Source: Psammoneis japonica
Lineage: Eukaryota
Assembly (NCBI GenBank): GCA_008632985.1
Contig: QPGO01000095.1
Span: forward strand, 183,681-247,680
Direction: 5' to 3'
DNA: 64,000 nt
Notes under the pieces: model-generated
What the model saw: the letters and a program-made list of their open reading frames with translations, nothing else
Databases searched by the model: none
What the model was told of the DNA's origin: nothing
Program-made: the position numbers and the translations under genes
Shown here: piece by piece, positions 23,451 through 33,360 of the stretch
Layout of the letters: the number at the start of each line of letters is the position of its first letter
Position numbering within the stretch: position 1 is the first letter of the stretch

Positions 23451-24380
23451 TTGGATCTCTCTCCACAGCAGGAATCACCCTTGACCCACAATTGAGCTTT
23501 CAGAAAAGTGTTTTCATGAGGGTCCTTTTGTCATCATTTGTTAGAATTGCATGCTTGCATGAACTTTTCTGCCAAAAATGGGAACAAACCCTGTCAGTCA
23601 GGAAAACCACAGCATGCTGCAGTGCCTGGTGCAAAATTGCGTGCGTGCTTCACCATGTTAAAAAAATTGGAAACCACGGCAAAACCATGAAGGAAAGAGA
23701 CAATCCATTTCTTGCCCTGTTTGACACTGGGACGCATTTTCACCATGCAAACTGGTTGGACGGACATGGATGACAAGATGCAATGATCTTGTGCCAAAGC
23801 AATCTACTTTGTCAGTCATTTGGAGCCTCACAAAGTGTCTCCAGTTAATTGCCAGTGATTTGCATGGCAATTTGATGAGCGATTCACCATGCTTTGCCAT
23901 CGTAAAACAAGGATTGTCCAAAATTTTCGATTTGACATCTCTGCTGGCAAAAGTTTCACGTTGCATGACCTTTGCATGTGTCGAGCAACATTTGCACAAC
24001 GTTGAACTGCTTGCATTGCTCATGTGGACGTTCTCCACCCCTCACACTTTTCACCGTGCTTTCACCACGTGATTTTGATTTGCAACAAGGCAAATTGTCG
24101 ACGCAGAATTCCATGCATTTCATGCACTGCATGCTGTGGTTTGGCTTTTTTTTCTGAAAACTGAAAGGTTTTATGACCGCAGAACATTGAAATGACAAAT
24201 TGAACAAACAACATTTTTTGGCATCAATTTCTGCTTAAGAGCACAATGTCATCATTCTCATTTTTGGTGACGTAAACTTGTGCTTAACATTTAGAAGAGG
24301 ATTCCAATCTTCTTCTGATCCAACACACATGAAAACACTTTTTCAATCTGAAGTGATTCCTGCTGTGGGGAGAGATCCAA
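23451..24380. mobile_element. Probable non-autonomous TIR element (~930 bp)
   Basis: TTGGATCTCTCTCCACAGCAGGAATCAC (23451) vs GTGATTCCTGCTGTGGGGAGAGATCCAA (ending 24380) are ~28-bp inverted repeats; no clear TSD. Confidence 0.55.
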
Positions 24381-25614
24381 GAGGTCCATTTGGTGGCCAC
24401 ATCATGGTTGGCCAGTCCTGTGCCACCAACAATGCATGCTGATCTGCTGCCAATGCAAGTGGTCAACAGTCTGCAACATTGTTGGTCACAGTGGCCACTC
24501 TGCACATCCTGCTGGTGAAAGCCTGTTGTGGCAACAAAGGCATGTTGAGCAACAAATTGACAAATGCAAATGGGACCATCACAGCAAACCATTCCTGACT
24601 TTGACAGCGTCTTGAACATTGGTGCCACATGTGGGTGCAAGATTCTGGCATTGTCATGATGTGCACTTGGAGTGCGTCATTGGTGGGAACCCATGCACCT
24701 TGTGGTCGTTAGCTGCTGGGACCAGATCATGCTGTCCCACAACCAAATCCCCATGATGGCAAAAAATTGTCTGTCCCATGGTGGCTGGTCGGGCCCAGCC
24801 ACAATGATCAGATGTTGGGTGGCACAGTGCTGCAGCACTTGAATGACTCCCACATTGTTGCCACCTTGCGCATGGCAGTGCTGCATGAGTGCCATTGGCA
24901 AGTTGTGCCCTGATGCTGCTCTGACCCTGTCTCTCAACACACTGGGGTTGCAGCATGATTGTCCCCAAATCAAAGCTGCAAAATCCTGCTCAGCACTGGC
25001 ACGGTTCCGTGGTGCAGATCTTTGGTGGCCATTGCATGACAATCATGGCAGGTGCTAATCATGGGTGGTGGGACCAGGACGCCCTGCCCAACTGTGCCAG
25101 CTGGAGCAGGCACCTGCACTGGCACTGGTGGCGCTGGTTGCTGTGGGGCTCCTTGAGGCTCTGTGCTCCCTGGGGTGCCCCTGGCTGTCTGGCTGCTCCA
25201 ACTGCTGGATGCACTAAAAATGGTGCTTGTGGGACAGGCTGTGCACCTCCAGCATTTGGTTCATCATGGGCAGCATTGCCAGGTGGTGGATTCCCGTTTC
25301 CTCCAATTTTTGTGTTCTGGTTTGGCACGTTAAAAAATCTGTCCTCTGTGAGATTTGCTTGCAGCAGTGGATGGCATCCTCCACCAAACCAACAGCACTT
25401 TTAGACTGTTCACTCAGCTTGCTGCACCAAAGCTCTTTGGAAGAATGATGGAAGCAGCTCATTTCCCATCGCCAGCTTGCGTTCAATGCTGGTGCTGATG
25501 TTGAGGATGACTCACCCCCATGGCAGGGGAGCTGTGTGTGGTTGCACATGCACCGCACTCATGTGCACTGAGTTTTGATGTTGACACTCACATGCACATG
25601 CACACCTTCACAAG

Positions 25615-26052
25615 CAGTGAGCACCTTCATTTTGTGGGAAAAAGCCGTCAAACAATTCAGCGGACAAATGTGTTTCAAAATGGTCATGTCTCCGCCACAA
25701 ACCCCATCATCCGAGCAAACTCTCAGTGCCTTGCCCCCCTTTTTGCACATGAGGAACAATTTGTTTCACTCACCCTCTTTGTCGGAAAACGCGATCTGAG
25801 AGAAATGGTGTGGAGTTGGTGCAAATTTTGCACACATTGTGGAATTCGCACCAAATCTGTGCTGAATGACTGAGCACGAGTTTCTGGAGAAAAACAAATG
25901 GCAGAACCAAATTTCTCGCATGCCAAAAGGGCGGGGGGTGAGGCACTGAGGGTTTGCTCGGATGACAGGGTTTGTGGCAAAAGCATGATCATTGAAACAT
26001 GCACACCCGCTGTCATTTGCGGTTTTTTCCCACAGCATGGAGGTGCTCACTG
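25615..26052. mobile_element. MITE with ~130-bp terminal inverted repeats
   Basis: CAGTGAGCACC...CATCCGAGCAAACTCTCAGTGCCT is mirrored by AGGCACTGAGGGTTTGCTCGGATG...GGTGCTCACTG. Confidence 0.75.
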
Positions 26053-26298
26053 CCATTGGCATTTGTTTGCAAATTCAAAATGTGTGAATGCAGTGACATG
26101 TGGTGGGACATTTGTGTGAAAACACACAGCATTGGACAACACACAAATCTCACACGCAACTAACCATGACATCACTGTTCGCCCCTGCACAGGGGTGGAG
26201 GATGCTTGCAGTTGCCTCATCAACTAACTGACCAGTGCTGGTTGTAAGGTCATTTCCCCTTGTCGGTCCTTGTCACACCGTTGCGCACGCACCGGTGC

Positions 26299-26493
26299 GA
26301 GGCCGGCGGCATCGATCATCGCCAGGGGCCAGGGACACGAAATGTGTACGAAGTGCTCAGACGGGATGTCCCACGTGGTATAATAGTTCTACAATGGCGG
26401 CTTCGCGGCAGAAAACATGATTTTATTTATTTAGCCAGTTCGCTCGCTTCCGTTGAGCGTTGAGCCGATGCATGTGATGGGCTGGTCAAATGG

Positions 26494-26528
<35 letters not shown>

Positions 26529-29500
26529 TCCATTACTGTAGGGCCCTATCGGATCCCATTCGCAGCTCGAACGTAAGACCAATCTTAGTTACCTGCTTTT
26601 AAAATTATTACTCATGATGAACCCCGAAGCGGTTTTGGAGATAGAAGAAGACCGACAAGAGGCCGAGATACGCCCGAAGGGTGGGGGAGATGTCTCCAAT
26701 CGTGCTGCGGCACCACAATCCGAGGAAGACAAGGACGCCCTGATTGCATCACTGCTAAAGGAAATTGAAGAACTAAAGGCGAAGAGTGCAGTGCTGGAAG
26801 CGCTGGAAGCGAAGAGTGTAGCGTTGGACAAGAAAAGAAGTGTACAAGAGTTGCTGAGAGTTCACCATGGGATACCCCGCATGGAAAAAAACACAGCAGC
26901 GAAACCTTCAGTCGGCAGTGCAAGTATTCCGCGTAGCACCCAAAAGCGCAAGGAACCAGAATCAAAACGAAGGGCGGCAGAGGAAGCGTCCAAGAAGATC
27001 TCGAAGATTATCATTGACGAAGAAAGTGACAGCGAAGAGCAACAGCATTTACCCGCAGAAATAAAAAAAATGAAGGAAGAGGTAACGGCCTGTCTGAATA
27101 AGTTTGAGGTGAATCTCAAAGATCCAGAAGGGGATTTGATCAAGAGTAAGGTCGCTGTCGAATTGGCAGAGAACAGCACAAATGAGGAGGCCGAATTGCA
27201 CCATTTCAATGAAGCAAGCGTTTCCAGACACGTGTCGGATGTCCTACATGATGTGCTGCAATGCCTGCAGATGTCCTTGACCACCAAAATCGGCCAAGAA
27301 ATCTCTCTTTTTTCTATGCGACCGGACATTGTCGTCGTTCGCTGGAAATGTAGAATTATTCTGGTGATTGAAGTCAAGAATCCCGGCGAGAATGGCAAGG
27401 CAGTCGTTTCCAACAGCGTTGCTGCCGGCCAAGCCTACGACTATGCCATGGGATTGCAACAGATGGGCATCGATCACCCGTTTGTCTGTCTCTCCACCTA
27501 TGATTACATGGGAATGGGAACCCTGAAAGCTTCCTCTCTCGATATTTTTCACCATGCAACTGAGCTTCTCGCGAGTGGACCGATTGGAAAGGCTTTTGAC
27601 TCGACGATCGGCACAAACAAACCGAAAGCCAGCCCCGAGGAGGGAAAACCGACGGAAGTTCCTGTGGATTACTCCCTGACCGACGTTCGTGACATGGACG
27701 CAACGCAGACGAGACCTACGGGGACGAATCGCGTCATTTATTTTTCAGAAATCTTTGAGCGCTCGAACATGTTCCAAGCCCTCTATTTTGCAGTTGCTTG
27801 TGGCATTGTGGCGGTTGAACATTCGAAAAACGACAGAAAGGAAAATCTCGTGCCCTTAGAAGGTGAACGAGTCACCACACGAACTATCGCTGTCGTTCAG
27901 GAAAACTCGCTTAGCTGGGAGAAGCATAAATGCAGAGCAACCTATCAGTTGAAGCGCGCATGGCGAACCAATCTTAAGGTGTATTTGCATTGTGTTTTGG
28001 GACAAGGCTGCTCTGGAAAAGTTTACCTCGGTTCTGATTCTGCAGGTCGCATGTTTGCCGTCAAGCTGTATCTTTTTGATGCAGCAATCTTGGAGTCCTT
28101 TCGAGCAATTGATAACGAAAAAACCAAAATGACTCAGAAGCAAAGAGCGGCGAGAGTCCGCGACAGCGAAGCTGAAAAGTGGAAGAATTTTTACCCCTCA
28201 TACAAGGAAGCGATCTATCAGGGAGAACTTTTTGGCGTGCCATGCTTGGCCATGCCTTACGTTGCTTCAATCCCTATGAATCGCCGCAAGGCCCTTCTTC
28301 CAAAGATTGAGAAGGAGCTGAAAAGACTTTCGAACAAAGGCTTTGCTTATGCCGATCATGATCTCCGCTGGCGTCACATCGGACTACGAAAGGACCATGA
28401 TGATGGAGACGACAAAATCGTGTTGGTCGATTTGGAATCGATGAAACCAAGGCGAAAGGACGACGAAGCCCACACCGATCACGTCTACCTCCAGTCGGCC
28501 ATCAAGGAGTTGAGAGATCGCGCGGAAGAGGAACGCGTCCGCTCTCCTCAGGAGCTGATTCATGCTTGATTCGGAATGGTTTTTGTTTGACCGCTTCGAC
28601 GCTGACCCCCGCTGCTTGTCGCATCCTGGAGCAGTGAAACCTCTAGCCGCTGTCCCACAATGCTTCTATTAGCCTTCGGGTGGTGTTACCCGAAGTTAGA
28701 AGAAGCAACCTAGCACTTCAGACCCGCAAAGGTTCCTTTGTCTCGCGCCTCATCTCACTTTTCCGTCCAAATGGTGGGACAAATGTTGTCCACGTTCTGA
28801 CATTGACCATTGCATTCCTCATCGTCGCGTCGCCCTGCATCTGTAGTTCGGCACAATTGATTCACTTGTCGGACCAATTTCCGCAGTTTCCGACCTTGTT
28901 GCTGGACGGACAACCAGCGTAGCGATGAACGGCGGCTAAGACTCTTTAGACTCGCATCATGAACTCTCAATGGTGCCATCAGCATGCCTGCTAGAGGCAG
29001 TGACGATTACAGCAGCGTCTAAATTGTTTAGATGTGCTAGTCTGCAGTCATAGAGCTCTTGGAATCTCAATGGTTCAACAAAATACATGCTCCATTTCAC
29101 CTGCAAATGTGTCTTGAGCTCCCCCAGTTTGGACTAAGACTTCTTGTTCCTAGAAACAGGAAACGCAACACCCAACATTTGGCTCATTCCTGTGTTGAAT
29201 GTAGGCATCTTGAAAACAAGACCAAAAGATGACAATTCCCCACATTTGGGCATGGACGTGAAGTCATTGGCACGCGGCAGCACTGCCATCTTGGCTGTGG
29301 TCCAGAAAGTCTGTGGGGGGTGTTGTCAGGAGTGACAAGTGTGCCTTCTTCATTCATTCCTCCAGCAGTGCAGAAAATTCTGTGCAAAGCCCCAAGTAAA
29401 TTGACCTTGGCATTGGCAATCCTGATCAAAACTGGGGGCATGGGTGCCCCAATGGTGCAGCAGTCCAGACAGGCTGTCAATGCTGAGCTGTCCTTCATCA

Positions 29501-30514
29501 ACATCAAAAATGATGAAAAACACAATGTCCAGAAGGTTTTGAAACAGACAAATGTCCTGGTGTCAATGTTGCACAACTGTGGGATTGGTGATTTAACCAA
29601 AAAAGTGACTGTGCTCTGTGTCAGCATGGATGAAAGAATGAATGCAAGTGGTTGATGCAGGTGGGTTGACACCCTTTGGTTGCCAGCTGGAGAGAGCAGG
29701 AATGCACCATCCACACTCAGCTCTGTTGCTTCCTCATTTCCAGTGTCACTTTCTTCTTTCAACCCAAGCCGTTTCACATTTTGCAGCTGTGATGCAATGG
29801 CATGCACCCTTGCTGGCTCATTCTGCACACATTAAATTCCAGGAGCTCAACAAGGTGGGGGCTTGGAAATGAACTTCATTGTCTCAGAGCCAGGCCAATG
29901 CTTCCCTGGCACCATCATTGCCAATGAGATGACAGCACCCTGCCTCCACAAGTGTTTGATCATTTCCAGCTGTTTGCTCACAAATGTTCAACACATGCAG
30001 CTGCAGTCTCCAATGAAGCTGTGCAATCCAAGCTCAAGTGGGACGCCATGGCTGCTCAGAGCTGGAGCTCATTTTTGACAGAGATTGGAAGCTTTCTCCT
30101 CTGGTTCCTTGCACTGTCTGTGTGTTGGATGCTGCTTGTGGATTGCTGCATGGAGACAACAACAATGTGGTGCCAGCAAATGCAGAGGGAGCTAAATGCA
30201 AATGTCCAACAATGCACAGTGATGCCAAGGTCTGCGTGGAACAGGCACAGTGATGAAGCTTGTGCATGACTGTCAGACACTGACCACATCAGGTGATTGG
30301 TCATGAGTGCCAGCTGGAGCCAACAAGAGAGAAACAATGAGACAGTTGAACCTCGTTGCTGCTTCAACTCTGACACTGCAGTTGTGGTTTTGAATGATTT
30401 GTTTTTGCAACAAGAGGTCTTGTCTCTGCCCCACTGTGGCTGCACCCAACCCTGTGAACTGCAAGATGCCATGTGGGTCCATGCCTGATCCCCTTGCTGG
30501 AGACCACCAAGTGC
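26299..30514 (+). repeat. Segmental duplication, copy 1 (copy 2 at ~33361-37490)
   Basis: Colinear near-identity from GAGGCCGG...GCATCGATCATCGC to GGAGACCACCAAGTGC; includes a (GCT)n tract, the kinase gene and a TpA-depleted 3' block. Confidence 0.92.
26614..28569 (+). CDS. Coiled-coil + PD-(D/E)xK nuclease + atypical kinase protein (Crinkler-effector-like architecture), copy 1
   Basis: 651-aa intronless ORF. Nuclease-type RPDIVVV...ILVIEVK...GQAYDY; kinase-type LGQGCSGKVY, FAVKLY, DLRWRHIG, LVDLE. Confidence 0.8.
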   Translation: MMNPEAVLEIEEDRQEAEIRPKGGGDVSNRAAAPQSEEDKDALIASLLKEIEELKAKSAVLEALEAKSVALDKKRSVQELLRVHHGIPRMEKNTAAKPSVGSASIPRSTQKRKEPESKRRAAEEASKKISKIIIDEESDSEEQQHLPAEIKKMKEEVTACLNKFEVNLKDPEGDLIKSKVAVELAENSTNEEAELHHFNEASVSRHVSDVLHDVLQCLQMSLTTKIGQEISLFSMRPDIVVVRWKCRIILVIEVKNPGENGKAVVSNSVAAGQAYDYAMGLQQMGIDHPFVCLSTYDYMGMGTLKASSLDIFHHATELLASGPIGKAFDSTIGTNKPKASPEEGKPTEVPVDYSLTDVRDMDATQTRPTGTNRVIYFSEIFERSNMFQALYFAVACGIVAVEHSKNDRKENLVPLEGERVTTRTIAVVQENSLSWEKHKCRATYQLKRAWRTNLKVYLHCVLGQGCSGKVYLGSDSAGRMFAVKLYLFDAAILESFRAIDNEKTKMTQKQRAARVRDSEAEKWKNFYPSYKEAIYQGELFGVPCLAMPYVASIPMNRRKALLPKIEKELKRLSNKGFAYADHDLRWRHIGLRKDHDDGDDKIVLVDLESMKPRRKDDEAHTDHVYLQSAIKELRDRAEEERVRSPQELIHA

Positions 30515-30719
30515 CAAGTGCTTCTTGTGCATGACAGATGAAGAGTGCAGAGATGCCATTTCAAAGTTTAAAGCTGACCAAGAGAAAATGAACAGACAAC
30601 ATTCAACATCACTTGCTCTGTGCAAGCTTTGACTTTGGCAGGAGTTGTTTTGCAAAGTCACAGCCCCCCGCCCGCTGCACTGCCGCCTCCACCCCCACCT
30701 TTCCCACTGCCGCCCCCTT

Positions 30720-33020
30720 CACCTTCCCCACAGGAACAATTTGCACCCCCAGAAGACAATGACAACTGGGTCATGCCAACAAATCCAGACCATCAGCCAT
30801 GTCTGTCCAATTTGATGAGCTGCTTTCTTGGCAAGATGTTTCTGAGACTTCACAAGTTCTCCTGGAGCCAGCTTCTCCTGCTGAACCAAATTGTTGTCCA
30901 AAAGTGGTTGTCTAACATGGCTCATGGGAAGGAAGAGCATGATCCAGAAACAGACCATCCAACACACTCCAGGTCATCAAACCTTGAGTGCAAGAAAAAA
31001 GCTGTCAGCTTCTTCATGCCAAACAAGATCCCAGCTTGGTGCAACGGCCAAGGCAATCCCACCAAGCACAAGTCAGTGAACAAGGTGACAAAGAATGTAA
31101 AGAAAGCATGGGTGCAGGGACTGGGTGTTCCATCAAAAGCAAAAAGGCCTTTGAGGATTTCAGAATTTCTCAAGATGCTGGAGCTCTCCGAAATGTTGAC
31201 GACTGGAACCACCTGTGCGCAAGTGTCCCACCATGTGCTTGTGGCAATTTCACCTCATTGGACAAATTGATGACACAGTCCACTTTGAGGTGAGTGACCC
31301 CAAAGGTCATGAAGTGTTTGATTTTGCCCTGCAAACAAAAGTGAGGTGGTCAAAAAATGTGACAGAGGAGAGATCATGCCTGGACACAATGTTGATGGGT
31401 GTGATGGATGACTCATGCTGTGCTCTAATCCAGCTTGCATTGCATCTGGAGTCACACCTTGAGAGGCATGCAGAAGCAAAGCACTTGTTTGCAGAATTGC
31501 AAAGCAGCAAGGCTGCAGACAATTTAAATGCGACATTCAGAAGATGCCTTGGATTGTTGGTGTGGTCGCAGGAGGAGTTCAAAGATGTGGAAGATGAAGC
31601 CGACATTGGAAAGGGTGGAGTCGGCACACACAGCAGCAGAAAACTGCCAGCAACCTTTGGTTCCAACAAAGCCTGCATCCCCGCTGAGGTGGAGATTCGT
31701 GGACATTGGAAAAAGGGTTGTGGAGGCCATGTTGTGTTTCGGCACATTGACACAAAGCAACTCCACTAAGATGCAAAAGCAGCTGCTGCTTTGTGCATGG
31801 GTGGACCTGTCAAATGTGCACTGAAGGATGGCATTGAATTGTTTGACGACTGGCTCTTTGAGAATGTGGTGCCAAACATCAGACATGGACATTGGAGTGA
31901 CACAAGACTTTGCCAAGTTTTGGCACTCCCGCTTCTGTGCGCTTGCTTGAACAAAGCCACACTGTGGTGCCTGCTGACACAAAGAACCGTGTCTGTGCCG
32001 CATGTTCTGCACTTGGTTTTGACGAGGTGCAGCCGGTCAGAAAAATGCCACTTCATGTTTGCCTCACAGAAGACTGGCTGATGATTGATCTGTCCATTGA
32101 TGCTGGTGCTGCGACTGGTGGAGGAGCTGCAGGTGGTTCAATGGCCACAAAAGAAATGGCTCAAACCATTCTCATTCAGCAGAATTGTCTTGAGCAAGTT
32201 GTGAGCCAATGCTGTGCAATGATCCTGCAGAGCAGTGCTGATCAATGACTCTGGATGGCAGCTTGGTGCAATGGCCAAGGCAATCCCACCAAGCACGAGT
32301 CAGTGAACAAGGTGACAAAGGATGTAAAGAAAGCAGAGGTGCAGGGGATTGGGTGTTCCATCAAAAGCAAAAAGGCCTTTGAGGATTTTCCAGAATTTCT
32401 CAAGATGCTGGAGCTGCTCCAAAATGTTGATGACTGGAGCCACCGATGCAAGTGTCCCACCATGTGCTTGTGGCAATTTCACCTCATTGGACAAATTGAT
32501 GACACAGTCCACTTTGAGGTGAGTGACCCCAAAGGTCATGAAGTGTTTGATTTTGCCCTGCAAACAAAAGCGAGGTGTGGTCAAAAAATGTGACAGAGGA
32601 GAGATCATGCCCGGATCAAATGTTGATGGGCACAATGGGCACAATAGATGACTCACACTGCACTCTAATCCAGCTTGCATTGTGTCTGGAGCCACACCTT
32701 GAGAGGCATGCAGAAGCAAAGCACTGCTCATCCACGGAATCGCAAAGCAGCAAGGCTGCAGACAATTCAAAAGCAATGTTCAGAAGATGCCTTGGATTGG
32801 TGGTGTGGTCATGGGAGGAGTTCAAAGATGTGGAAGATGAAGCCGACATTGGAAAGGGTGGAGTCGGCACACACAGCAGCAGAGAACTGCCAGCAACTTT
32901 TGCCTCCAACAAAGGCTGCATCCCCACTGAGGTGGAGATTCGCGGACATCGGAAAAAGGGTCGTGTGGAGGCCGTGTTGTGTTTCGGCACATTGACGTAA
33001 AGCAACTCGCCAAGATGCAC
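30720..33020 (+). mobile_element. Degenerate tyrosine-recombinase (Crypton-like) transposon with an internal partial duplication (~31032-31775 repeated at ~32259-33016)
   Basis: LIGQIDD (R->Q), GTHSSRK (HxxR), EIRGHWK (GRW-like) and VVFRHID (Y->H) occur in YR catalytic order; frameshifted. Confidence 0.65.
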
Positions 33021-33360
33021 AATGGAACTGACCTGGCAGGATCCATTGTGCGATTTCTCCCAACAATGAAAAAAGAAACGGGGAAATCGGTGCAAGCATC
33101 GTCGAGACACCACGCCACAAAGTGGGACACCGGCTGCTTGCATCATTGTGCTGCTGCAGTTTGTTGCGTGCAAAATGCGAAGCACACAGATGGATCGATG
33201 TCGGTCATACAATTGACGTCGACCAGACAATCAGAAGCCAATTAGAGGATTGAGCTTCCTCTTTATACAAGGAGGTTGCGCAGACAAAGACGTAAGTAGG
33301 TTGAGGACCAGGTCTACAGAGTAACAATCACAGTACGTACGACGTACGGCCTGCCGATAC

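Larger units (their letters stand above)
10369..26240. other. Degenerate transposon graveyard, strongly depleted of TpA and CpG and enriched in TpG/CpA
   Basis: For example, I read no TA and no CG in 11327-12155. ORFs here almost lack Tyr and are rich in Cys/His. Confidence 0.9.

Noticed and set aside
10369..26240. Many short Cys/His/Trp-rich ORFs as real genes (e.g. zinc-finger or metallothionein-like)
   Set aside because: They are explained by loss of TAA/TAG/TAY triplets and gain of TG/CA; only fragments with TE homology were kept.
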